NCBI GenBank assembly: GCA_001244265.2
Contig: LN717261.1
Location: forward strand, 2,123,591-2,187,590
DNA from: Microbotryum violaceum
Lineage: Eukaryota
Direction of reading: 5' to 3'
Length of the DNA: 64,000 nucleotides
The notes beneath the pieces were generated by a model, which did not search any database, was not told the DNA's origin, and worked only from the letters and a program-made list of their open reading frames with translations. The position numbers and the translations under genes are program-made. Below, one piece after another: positions 38,700-50,604 of this stretch. The number at the start of each line of letters is the position of its first letter. Position 1 is the first letter of the stretch.

Positions 38700-40460
38700 A
38701 GAGGAAGTTTTGGCTCCACCTCAGCGGTATTACGATAAGCGTCCGCCGTACAGCTTTGTAGAACGGGCGGCGTCGTCAGCGCGAGGGCCCGATGGCCGAT
38801 CCGACGCTGAGCTAGCCCCACCACCACCTCTTCCTGCGCAGAGGCAAGTGCGCAGGCCTCGAATCGAGCTCTAACCACTCAAGCCCCACGTTCCCATTAC
38901 CTCGGCCCCAGATGGCCGTGTGTGCCCACAGCAAGGCTCGACACTGGGGGTGCAAAGGACGAACCGGACACTTCAGCACGTGCTGCTCGCAGGGTAAGGT
39001 GCAGCTACCTCCTCTGCGGCCCAATCCCGAGTATCGACAGCTACTTGAAGGGTCGGATACCGGTCAGTCTCTCCAGTCTGTCGTAGGCCCACATGCTGAA
39101 GGGTTCGACCCACCTACACAGAAGCGGTTGCATTCCGCGAGAATGCCCAGTCGTACAACAAGTTGAACGCGCTGTCTTCACTTCGCTCGCTGCCCACTTT
39201 GACCAGACTCGACTAGGCACTCAAGGACCCCGCATGTTTCGGATATTTCGACGCCTTTACCATCGACTCGGCGCACTCTCGGCGCCCTGAATCCTGCCGT
39301 CAATCAACGCCCAACCTTTGCCAAAACATGGCTCATCTGCCCGGCCGAGACCACCGACACTCAACTGGGACCCGACGGCGCAGACAGTCGCATACGAAGA
39401 TCTACTTTGGCCAAGCTCGATTCTACGTTGCGTACCGGCAATCGCTTTGTGAGGGAATTTGCATCGGCCAAAGCTCGCGCAGGTTAGCCCAAAGAGTGGG
39501 TCCTGCGCCTCTGCCTACCAGCTGGCCGAGACCGACGTACCCACAACCTTCCTATGTCGAGCACCGAAATGGCGATGCTTATCTGCGATTCCGACACCAA
39601 CACGGGAGATCGTGGACCGCAAGACCTTATTCTCCAGGTGCACGGTGATCGATGTCCCGATGGTTGGCCCAAGTACCAAATCGTTAGCTCGCTCCATCCG
39701 TCTGCGATACCTCTCCGTTACCCACTACTCTTCCCCGTAGAGGAAGGTAGCTTCCACCTCAACATTCCTCTGTGCGCGTTCAACCAAATTGGGCCACTCT
39801 TTTCCAAAAGACCGCGACGAGGAAGAAGGGGACGCAGAGAATGGTGATGGTGAACGTAAGCCCCTTCGGCTCTTTCTCGGATGTTCCATTCTGTTAAGGC
39901 GCATGCACAGACTGACATTGAACCCTTGAACACCCAGGACGAAGCTCAAATAAAGGGGATCGAGGTGGCGAGTCTCGCGTTCACAATTATTTGCGTACGA
40001 CTTGCACAAACGCGACGAGTACTTCTCAATCCCGCATTGCACCCAACGTGCCTTCCTGGCGTTCGTGATGACGGATACTCCCAGGTCGAGACCGATCGAC
40101 TCAACTTACCTCCAGTTTGATCAAGAAAACCTCCGCCTTACCACGGGCCAAGGCATCATCAGCTTGACCCCGGATCAAGTTGGATGTTCGGTGATTTTGG
40201 GCTCAACGTTCAAGAATAGACCGCGCGAGAACACGCAGCGTTACCAAGATGCGATGGCGTGCGTCGTAAAATATGGAAAGCCTTCGCTGTTCATCACGGT
40301 GACGTGCAACCCTGAATGGCCTGAAACCAAGGCTGCACTGGAGCCGAACGACCAAGCAAGCAACCGACCGGAACTCATTGCACGAGCGTTTGAAGCCAAG
40401 TTGAACCGACTCTGCGACGACAACGTTTTTGGCAACAAGCAACGGGTACGCTGTTTGTGA
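38700..40460 (+). pseudogene. Helitron RepHel N-terminal/Rep region, degenerate
   Basis: CCSQGKVQLP, LYHRLGAL, LRYPLLFP and YQDAMACVVKYGKPSLFITVTCNPEWPE..RPELIARAF (Helitron Rep motif 1). Confidence 0.88.
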
Positions 40461-40866
40461 ATGGAGAACTGTTTCTTTGCTGTAGTGTGTTTATTTAACC
40501 TCTGTTGAAATCATGTAGACTGTTCAATTCTCCTGCTATTTGAATTTCACCCTCCCGTTAGTTTAACGGGTTCCCACTGGTTATTATTACCCTGACTAGT
40601 AAAAAAAAAGTGTGAGTTAAGGAATGTACCTAAAATCGCTGTTTTTAACTAGGTTGCGGCCCTCCGCACCTGCCTGTGGTGGATGTACCAGCATACTGTT
40701 GTGTCTGCCGCACCTGCCTGTGGTGTCCATGTTCCGATCAGAAGTCATGTACAAGCCCTGTGGTGACTTTTGTATTTTCCGCGCCGTTCCAACGAAGCTA
40801 CAGCGCTCCCAGTATTTTCCTTCTTTTTTTCGCTCACATAAAACAATGCTTCCACTCATATTGCAT

Positions 40867-42721
40867 TTAATGAACCGCAAGCGCGTGGCTTTGCATGATA
40901 TTGCTTCTACAGCAGAGCTCTGCCTGACGTGCGAGGCGAGGGTTGGCGTTTGTCACGTGATGTGCCGTGACCAATAGGTTCGCAAATTGCTTCGAACCCA
41001 ATCCGAATTGGAAGACTCCTCGCATGAGGCTCCAGACAACCGAGGTGATTGCGCATCGAGGTGACAGGTGGAAAGGGAACATCGAATGAAGCGACGACGA
41101 CAGTTGATTGAGCACCTCGGGCGACCAAGACCGGTATCGCTTATTGCACTGCTTATTGTTGCATCGATGCGAGACCCCAATGAGGAACACCGAGTTGTTG
41201 AGATCGCATGCTCGACGAGGCCTGCCAAGAAAGCCGTCTTGTCGCAATACGCCTTTCTTCAGAGTCGATTCAGTTTGCTGGCATTTGTCGCACACTAAGC
41301 CGGATCCTGCCGGCTGGTCTTCTGGTTGGCCTAATAACACGAGCGGGTCCCAATAAAAAAACGGCGGGTCGAAGATCTTGAGGTTCTGCCGGGCGCACCG
41401 GGTATCGTAAAATCGACTCCAGATGGTTTTAGTCGGCAACCAGCCATGCAGCATTTGGTGGAAGGGTTTGCTGGAACCATTCGCGCCGGACCCATTTGCG
41501 TGCTTGATCGTCTCCCGATGGGAATTGTAGAGATCGGTTAACCAGGCCGGGTGTTCCCACCGACCTTGAGCTTTAGTGGAACCACCGCCATCATCTTCCT
41601 CGTCGCCATCGAACGGATCACCGCCTCCCCCATCGCACAAAAGCGCATCATCATCAGTGATAATTGGTTCACGGGAAGGAGAGGTCCGTGGATGCGCAGT
41701 TTGCAGGTTTGTGATCGCGGGGTTGCGCTTGCTTCACTCATATTCGAATGTGGATCCGAGTCAAAAGAGTCTGAATCGTCGGGCAATGCCAATCCGACCG
41801 ACGTCGGAATCGAGCGCGACGTGGGGTTGGTCGAGACTGTGACCATCGGATGCGGAAGGTATGGCAGACGAGCCATCTGGAAACGGAGTTTGGGGCGAAG
41901 TTGTTGCCGGTGCAAAGTTGAGCCTTGTTTGAGTCTAAGATTAGGAGCCACGGACATGCATTAGTTTAGTCAGAAGGAATACGGGCGACGGGAATGTAGC
42001 CCGGCTCAGAGTGTATACTTTTGCAGGGGGAAGCTGTATGGGTGACGTCAATGACACATGCCTAACAGGTTTTGACACTCATGATCCCAATGGTCTATCG
42101 CAAATCGGGCTTTCACAACTGACCTGCATTCGCTGACTCTGCTCATCAGATATGAGTTGGCGTTGAGGCGCTCGCTCGGCCTCTAGCCTAGCTCGCTCCG
42201 CTTCCTTGAGTTGTCTTGCACGTTCATCATCAAGTCCTCTTTCGGCAGCTTGCTGTGCTGCTCTCTCGGACTTGGCTATGGCCGCCTCCTCCTTCTCCTC
42301 CTCCGTCTTCCCTACGTGGTCGACCTCGTGGCTTCTTGGTCGACTGAACAATTGCAGTCGATCCTGTATCCTGTCCATCATTATGTATTGAAAGCTCATC
42401 GGAGCGGCGCTTCGCGGCCTGAACTTGGCTCGGGGTGTTCACGCTGTGTAGAGTGTTGACACAGGGGCCGATCTCGTTCTGGCACGCTGTCGATGCTGTC
42501 GTAGCCGAGGTGCCGACGACTTTGTCGTCCGCGTTATCGGCGCTTCGTTTCCGAAAGAAGCGTGACAGCAGTTGCATCGTGGGATATGGCACGTTGCAGA
42601 ATGAAGGCAAGCGATGGCCGCGTGCGGCGCGCCTGATTGCGCCAACTCAAGTGCGCCAACTCAAGTGCGCCAACTCAAGTGCGCCAACTCAAGTGCGCTA
42701 ACTCAATTGCGCCAACTCAAT
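40867..42721 (-). mobile_element. Zisupton-like DNA transposon remnant (N-terminal Cys-rich region)
   Basis: FFYWDP..CDKC..PRRACDL..RC..C..W..VLNQL..FPFHL pattern; subterminal 14-mer array; shares the MQLLSR N-terminus with the 30367-30535 block. Confidence 0.55.
42639..42721 (+). repeat. Tandem 14-mer (TGCGCCAACTCAAG)~6
   Basis: Read directly; related copies at 30481-30540 and ~31720. Confidence 0.9.
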
Positions 42722-42946
42722 TTGGCGCGCGCGAGTTAGCGCAAGCGCACCCCCCAGCACCGGTACCGCCCCGCAAATCTGGCCGCAGCTCATCGCCGCG
42801 CCCGGTAATCCCGCTCCGGAGGGTTGGGCGTGTAGGCAGGACTCGGCGCTACTCAGCTACAGGCCACCAGCCGCACTTCTGGCTCCCATCTTGCCTTCGT
42901 CCCTCTCCCACCCCACCCCACCGCTCACCACATCAATCCGTCCAAC

Positions 42947-43054
42947 ATGGGTGTCCCCGCTCTTTTTCGATGGCTGTCGAAAAAGTATCCCAAAATCGTG
43001 TTACCCGTACGTTCCCATCGTGCCCAAGTAACGGCCTCAGCTCTAGTGGGCCTC

Positions 43055-43089
<35 letters not shown>

Positions 43090-46000
43090 GGAACATCGAA
43101 CATCGAACATCGAGCTGACTTGTGAACCGGCTCTCATGCGCAGGTAATCGAGGATACACCTGTCAGTGTGCCTGGTCCGGATGGCCAGATGGAGGAGTTG
43201 GTGAGTGTGAGAATGAACGAGTGGGTGTGCTACAACCGTTGACGACGGGCGGCGGCGCAGTCGCTCACCTCGGCCCGTCCGTCGATCGCTTCCGCCTAAC
43301 CACTGCCATGACACTTTCCTACAGCCCATCGATACTTCGGGCGCGAATCCGAACGGGGAAGAGTTTGACAACCTGTACCTCGACATGAACGGCATCGTAC
43401 ATCCGTGTACGCACCCCGACGGCAAGGTCAGTCGATCGAGATACCCCCTCTCGTAATCGGTGCTTGAATCACAACTGACAGTCCCTCCTCACCAGCCCGC
43501 CCCTAAAACGGAGCAAGACATGATGCACGAGGTGTTCCTCTACACCGAACGCGTCGTCGCTATGGTCCGACCGCGCAAGTTGCTCATGATGGCCATCGAC
43601 GGCGTCGCCCCGCGCGCCAAGATGAACCAACAGCGATCCCGACGCTTCCGATCCGCCGCCGAGGCGAAAGTGAAAGAGGAGGAGAGGATCAAAGCTATTG
43701 AGGAGTGGGAGGCGATGGGCAAGGAGGTTAGTGACGAGATGAGGGGCGAGAAGGGTTGGGACTCGAATGCCATCACGCCTGGCACGCCGTTTATGGACCT
43801 GTTGGCCAAAAGTTTGAGGTATTGGGTCGCCAAAAAGCTCAACGAGGATCCAGGCTGGGCAGGGGTCAGTACATGCACATTTTGAATAGGTTGAACAGTA
43901 GGACACTGACCCTCACGTAACATATCACAGCTCCAAGTCATCATCTCGGACGCCTCGGTCCCGGGAGAAGGCGAGCACAAGATCATGGACTTTATCCGTC
44001 GCCAACGCAGCCACTCTTCGCATGACCCCAATACCAAGCATGTCATCTACGGCCTCGACGCCGATCTCATCATGCTCTCCCTCGCGACGCACGAGCCCTA
44101 CTTCCGCGTCCTACGTGAAGACGTTTTTGCGCAAGACTCGAAAAAGCCTCGAGGGTGTCACACCTGCGGTCAACCGGGCCACCACTCATCGCAATGTACG
44201 GGCAAACCCAAAGATCCACCCTTGGAAGGTAGAGCGGACCAGCTCGTCAAACCCTCTCCCCTGAAACCGTTCATTTTCCTCGACGTCTCGATCCTTCGCG
44301 AATACCTCGCCGTCGAACTTTCCGCGCCCGTGCATTCCTTTCCCTTTGATTTGGAACGCGCAATCGACGATTGGGTCTTTTTGATCTTTTTCGTCGGTAA
44401 CGACTTTTTGCCCCATTTACCTTCATTGGAGATTAGGGAAGGCGCGATCGATACGCTCATGACGATTTGGAAGAACTCGCTCGAATCGATGGGTGGGTAT
44501 TTGGCTCAACATGGGAAAGTCAATCTCGAACGAGCGCAACTCATCCTCGAACAACTCGCGTCGAGGGAGGATGAAATCTTTCGCAAGCGTCGGGAGGCAG
44601 AGGAACGACAAGACCGGAATGTAAAGCAGAGGAAATTGGAGAACGATCAGAGGAATCATGGCAAGGGAGGACAGGCGAGTGGTCAAGTCGGCGTCAATTG
44701 GCAAATGCAAAGGGAGCAGGATCAAATGAAAAGCATGAGTCAAGCGGCTTTATCGAATGGTTTGTCCGAAAATGGGCAACATAAAGCTCTATCTTCGAAT
44801 GGCGGACTACCCTCTAAACCGACGTGGGTTGATCCGGGTTCGCTTCCCGCTCCATCGAAAGGGGACGTCGCCTCCATGGTCGGTAGCAACGCGAGTATCG
44901 TCGCGAATCGAAAAGCGATCCGGATGGCAAACCTTTCGGCGAGGGACATGATCAAGGCTGAGATGCAGGCGAGCAATGGAGGGACGGAGGAGGCGCAGAA
45001 GGAGAGGAGCGGTTCGCCGACGGCGTCGAAGAAGAATTTGAGTGCGGCGGAGTTGTTGAAGAAGCAGATGATGGGTGGCGATGAGGAAGAGGCGGCGGAG
45101 CAGCAGGAGGAGGCTGAGAAGGCGGATGAGGAGAATGTCGAGATGGCTGCAACCGAGCCCGAAGTCGTAGACGAAAAGAAGGACGAGGCGCCCCAGGTCG
45201 ACGGGGAGGCATTCGCCATCGACGGCGACGTCGACGCGAGCGAGACATCGCCTCGAGGAACGAAACGCAAGGTCGAGGACGTTGAGCCCGAATCGGCTGA
45301 AGTGACCGAACTTGAAGACGACGACGACGAAAGCTCCGAAGACACCTCGATCGTTGTCCCCGGCGGCGTGCACAAGGTCAAAGTCGCTCCTCTCAAACAC
45401 ATGGGGAACAATGTCGTCGAACAGGACGACATGGTCAAGCTCTGGGAGCCGGGATACAAGGAACGCTACTACCGCCAGAAATTCGGCGTCGAACTGTCCG
45501 ACCTCGAGTTCAGGAAATCGATCGTCAAGTCCTACGTTGAGGGTTTGTGCTGGGTTCTCGAGTACTATTACCAGGGCACGCCGTCGTGGCAATGGTACTA
45601 CCCGCATCACTTCTCGCCGTTCGCGAGCGACTTTGTCGATATGAAGGACCTCAATATCAATTTCACGTTGGGGCAGCCGTTCAGGCCTTATGAGCAATTG
45701 ATGGGTGTCTTCCCCGCCGCCAGGTGAGTTGTGTTCGACTCCGCCGCGATTGATTTTGAGCAAGCCACTGATTCATCTCGTCACTTCCCACAGTCGTTTC
45801 CATCTCCCCGAGGCTTTCCAACCCTTGATGACTGAGTCCGAATCGCCCATCATCGACTTCTATCCCGAAGAATTCGAAGTCGACATGAACGGTAAAAAGA
45901 TGCTCTGGCAAGGTGTCGCTCTACTCCCCTTCATTGACCCCGACCGACTCTTGACGGCAATGGGGACCAAGTACCCACTTTTGAGCGATTTCGAGAATCA

Positions 46001-47054
46001 CCGCAATCAAATGGGTCATGATTCGCTCTTCGTGATGCAGGACCATCCTTTGTACGACTATCTCGAAGGGCTGTACACCAAACGAAGGATCCAAGAACCC
46101 GCCGCGTTGGATACGAAACGATCCAAAGGCCTGGCCGGACTCGTCCTACCCGAATCAACTTGCATCCCAGGAGCCATCTACGATTCCCCCCTGCCTTCTC
46201 TCCCTGATATTCAATCCGATCGATCGATCTCGGCGGAATACAAGTTCCCTGAACAAAAGACACCGCACAGGAGCATACTCCTCCCCGGAGTCAAAGTCGC
46301 GAGACCGGTGTTGAGCCAACATGATCGGGATGGCGTTAGGAGAGGTGGGGGTGAACAGAGATACGAGGGGAATAATGGGTTCCATGCACAGAGGCGAAAC
46401 GAGCAGACGGGACCGGGGTTCCATAAGCGGGATCAGGGGTTGAGAGGTCAGCAGGGGTATCAGCAGGGTGGGTACCAGCAAGGTGGTGGGGGAGGTGGTG
46501 GGTATCAACAACAGCAAAGACCTGGCGGGTACCAGGGTCAACCTCAGCAAGGTGAGATGCTTCCATTGCATCGAAGTTTGTCAGGTTCGGGGATTGATCG
46601 TGTCAACCTTTTCCATTCCCTTCCAGATGGTTATGGAGGCTACGGCGGTGCGCAAGGTTACTACGCGCAACAATCCGTCGCAGCAGGCTATGGCGGCTAC
46701 CAACCCCCCGTCGTTCAAGCCGGCTACGGAGGCTATCAACCCCCACCCCAGGCCGGCGGAGTCTACGGTGGTCGGGGTGGAGCACCTCATGCACCCGCGG
46801 GCTACTACCCTCCACCCCCTATCGCTCGTCCCCAAACGACCTACGCCGCACTTCCACCCGGGATGGGCACCGCCTACGGTGGTGCACGACCTGCTCCCAA
46901 TGCGGGCTACCAAGGCTATCAACCCCCTACTCATGGTCGAGGACCACCGGGTGCTCCTCCTGCTGCGGCAGCTTATGGTGGTTATGGAGCCAGTGCACCA
47001 CCGCCCTCTGGTGCGGCGAGTGGGTGGCGACCTGGTCAACCCCCGAGGAGATAA
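42947..47054 (+). CDS. RAT1: 5'-3' exoribonuclease 2 (Rat1/Xrn2), 7 exons
   Basis: [86 protein letters not shown] introns at about 43007-43143, 43201-43324, 43427-43494, 43864-43930, 45724-45793 and 46552-46626. Confidence 0.97.
43056..43112 (+). repeat. (GAACATC)~8 heptamer repeat in RAT1 intron 1
   Basis: Read directly. Confidence 0.9.
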
Positions 47055-47269
47055 AGATCTATTCACGTTCGAAGGTTTTATATGTTTCGTTCTTCTGTGA
47101 TGAAGATGTCCTTTTTCATTGTACGTTAGCAGACTCTTCTGTGTCTTTGCTTCAAAGGCAAGGTTGAAAACACCACAGCTCTTGTATATTGCGCAAGAAA
47201 CAGGGGCGAGAGAAAGACACAAATACAGAGCGAAAGAGAGAGCAGTCGACAAGGATTTAGGAAGACAAA

Positions 47270-48789
47270 TTAATTAGGTAAAGCCGAAGCGAGTCCGGTG
47301 TCCGAAGGGGCGGTTAGAACTCCAAACTCGGAGATGAGTCCGAAGTCAGAATCAGCGTCCATGTCCATCTCGACGTCCGGCGTCGATAGTGGGGGCGAGC
47401 CGAAAGACGAAGGCGACTCGGCCAACGTGGCTTGACGAGCAGTCAGGAGTCCACATGTCAGAGGGCTGGCATCCTCGGCCCCCATCGGTAGCTGGAACGC
47501 ATAGTTGTCGAGGTAAGAATCGGCCGAGGATGAGGATGAAGAGAAAGACGAGTCGAAGGCGTTCCAGATCGAGTTGTCGGGCGAGTAGTCGAAGTGCTCA
47601 ATCGCTTCGGTCGGAGGAAGCTCGAACGAGAATTGCATGTCGCTTGCGGGCGGAAGGGGGAGACCGTAGTAGCTCTCGGGAGTGTCTTGGCTCCACTTTG
47701 AATCAAGCGAGCTGTTAGAGAGGTCTGGTGAGTCGATTTGGTGGAAGAGGGTCGAGAAGTCGCTATCGTAGGATGCGATTGGGATGCAATTGAAGATGGG
47801 GCCACGGACCGTCTGAGTCGGGAGCGGTGCAGATACCGATACCGCCGGGAGTGGTAGAGTGGGAGGCAATCCATGAGGAAGTCTCGTTTCGAACTTCGTT
47901 CTGACTATTTCGATTGATGAAAGCCTAGCGGGAGCAAGCGAAGGCTCGCAAACCCTCAACGAATGGCCTCTGAGTCCCGAAGAGTCATTTGAGGTCAGGG
48001 TTTCTCCGATATTGAAGGGTTTTGTCACTCGTCGCGTTCTTCGTTGGCGCTGGTTTGCAAACTGTCAAAAATTTAAGGGATCTGGTTAGTCTTCGCGTAA
48101 TGGAAACACATCAGGACTGGTGTACTTGCCCAGGTTGCGACCTGCTTCTGGGTCAATCCCGTCCTCTTCGCCAGCGCTAGTCGCTCGCCTTTGGTGAGGT
48201 GTTCAAACTGATTGAATGCTGTAGAAAGCACGTTATTTACTTCTTCGTTGAACTCTCCAAAGACAACCGGCAGAAGCGTCGATGTTGGCGTTTGTTTTGA
48301 GAGGTCCAGAGGCACCGTCGATTCGGTCGGGAGTACTTCGAGCTGATGGCGAGCGTATTGGACTTCGTCGATCAGTCGGTGACGGAGGCCTTCCAACTCT
48401 TTGTGGAACATAATGGAAAATTTTGACCTTATCGCAGCTTCGAATTGCCTCCAGGAGGAGACGGAATCCCGCGTCGCAGTCACCATGCTCTGCATCGTCG
48501 ATTGAAAGGCTTCGGCGCAGGTGGCGGCGATAGCTTGCGCTGTTGTGTGGTACAGAGAAATAAGCTGGTCGTGGGCCACTTTAGAGCACATTTGTTCCAC
48601 CAAGGAACGCCGTAAGGTCTCGATGTCGGCCTGCTCCAGGTGCAAAGGATCCCATGCCTTCTCGTGGCTCCAGCCTTCCGGGCCGTCCCGAGCCTCTTCC
48701 TCGATTAGCACTCGTGCTGGGAGCGGTGCAATGCGCTCCGAACCAGCGGTGGCTTGCTGAGCTATTTGAAACCAGAGTGACTCCGTCAT
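47270..48789 (-). CDS. HD2: HD2 (bW-type) mating-type homeodomain protein, 2 exons
   Basis: Splicing out 48062-48129 gives ..ERLALAKRTGLTQKQVATW|FANQRQRR (WFxNxR); divergent from HD1. Confidence 0.9.
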
Positions 48790-49013
48790 AACTTCTCTCG
48801 GAACGATACGAGTAAGTCGCCGCGATGAGAGCTGGTGCTTGGGCGGCCCAACCAGCGCTCATCATCGCTCGCCACATTCCGATTGCCAAGTTGGGCGATG
48901 CGCACTGACCCCTTTCGTCCTTTGTCTCGCGACGGCGTCCTCCGAGCCTGGACCACAGGTCGGTGGAGACTCACTCATCACTACGCCAGGCTGACGTCTT
49001 TCCTGCCAAGACT

Positions 49014-50345
49014 ATGGATCTTCTCGAAACACTGCATTCCATCGAGGAAGAATTCCTGACCGTTGTCAGAACAGGGTCGACTGCTGACGATGCGATGCAG
49101 CGAGCTCAAAGCGTGATTGACGAAGTGGCTCGGCGCTCAGCGGCTGGAACATTGGACGACGATGTATTGCCTTCAATGCGCAGAATCCTATGTCGAATGC
49201 ATGCTATCGCTTCTGGAATCGACCGCTTCGCTTCGTTTTCGTCACAGTTGCTCGGCCACAATCGGGAGCGATTGAAACAGACGCTCGCGGATCGGGGTGC
49301 TGACTTGCTCAAGATCACGACAGTTGGTAGCTCAACCCCTACCAAGGTGATGGACGCATGCTCCCGGACGGAGGACGAGCTTGTTCAACCCTACCGACTT
49401 TGGTTCCTCGACAACTTTGCATGGCCGTATCCCGAATCCTCCGAGCGTCTGCGCCTCCTGGCCCAAGTTCCTTCGCACGGCCGCGCTCAGCTTTCCAATT
49501 GGTTCGTCAACTCGCGCCGTCGTTCTGGATGGTCTCGCCTCGCCAAGAAGTACACCGATGGCGATCGAGATGCATTCGCAGCATTCCTGCGCAAGATCGA
49601 CGGCGGTAACGCAACCGAGGAGGAGGCGGAGGATGTTGAAAAGTGCAAGGCCCACTTCATGGACAAGGGGAACATGCTCGTGCGGGATGGGATCGAAGAG
49701 GTCTTGACGGCCGCGTCCAAGGGGGCTTTGACCGATGGGTGTGTGCCACCGTCGAAAATGGCTCGTACTCGAATCTTTCCCATCAAAATCGAGAATCCGG
49801 GAAACCCCTGTTTGTTCAAGAAGCGTGGCCGGATCGAAGATGTCGAAGATCCGCCGTCCAGCCCTTGCTCGAAGCGGTCGACCTCGGGTTCATGGACCGA
49901 CTCTTCCGGCGTGCTTTCTAACGACACCGGAGAGACTTCGGTAGGCTCCAATTCCGATTTAACGACACCCCGACGCAAGAGTGCACGAGTGACACGATCG
50001 CCCGCCGCCAAATCGCTTCGACCCACCACAAAGCCCGCGCCTTCCACGCCGGCCCATCGAGCTCCTGTTACCCTCAGTCGCCTACCGCAGACGCCTCACC
50101 TCCGGAGCTTCTCCTCACCGCTCTCAAGTCCTACGGCCGGTCGTTCTACAAGGTCAGGGTCCACCTACCGAGCCGTCTCGTCCTCTTTCACCATCGAACA
50201 ACCGAACCTCGCTGGCGAGCTCGCGCTACCCCCACCCCCTTTCCAAATCACGTCGAACGAGCACTTTGTGACGCTGGCGGCGGCCGAAACTTGGAGCAAC
50301 CTGGACCCATGGCTCAACTTTGAGGTGGATTTGAATGCTATCTGA
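49014..50345 (+). CDS. HD1: HD1 (bE-type, TALE-like) mating-type homeodomain protein
   Basis: WFLDNFAWPYP..QLSNWFVNSRRRSGW; first ATG at 49014, 224 bp from the HD2 ATG. Confidence 0.92.
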   Translation: MDLLETLHSIEEEFLTVVRTGSTADDAMQRAQSVIDEVARRSAAGTLDDDVLPSMRRILCRMHAIASGIDRFASFSSQLLGHNRERLKQTLADRGADLLKITTVGSSTPTKVMDACSRTEDELVQPYRLWFLDNFAWPYPESSERLRLLAQVPSHGRAQLSNWFVNSRRRSGWSRLAKKYTDGDRDAFAAFLRKIDGGNATEEEAEDVEKCKAHFMDKGNMLVRDGIEEVLTAASKGALTDGCVPPSKMARTRIFPIKIENPGNPCLFKKRGRIEDVEDPPSSPCSKRSTSGSWTDSSGVLSNDTGETSVGSNSDLTTPRRKSARVTRSPAAKSLRPTTKPAPSTPAHRAPVTLSRLPQTPHLRSFSSPLSSPTAGRSTRSGSTYRAVSSSFTIEQPNLAGELALPPPPFQITSNEHFVTLAAAETWSNLDPWLNFEVDLNAI

Positions 50346-50604
50346 GATTTTCTGTGGTGTTGTACCTGACCAGGTGTGAGTTCAATGCTGCGTGGTCGGA
50401 GCGCTGTTCTCAGGTTGACGGACACTGATATTGCATCCGCGTCTAGCAAATCAGGTCTCGATTGAGAAGCTTGTAGTATGGTTGTCTGACATCCCAAGTG
50501 CTATGCATGAAGCTGTGAGAGAAGCGTATGTATAAAGTTGATCACCGGCAGGTACTACCATGCGCTCGGTCACGAGGCCCGTCTCAATGTGAGGATCACA
50601 TGCA

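Noticed and set aside
42639..42721. CRISPR-like array
   Set aside because: Contiguous 14-mers with no spacers, in eukaryotic DNA with no cas genes.
48073..48789. HD2 as a truncated pseudogene
   Set aside because: The GC-AG intron restores the homeodomain and C-terminus.
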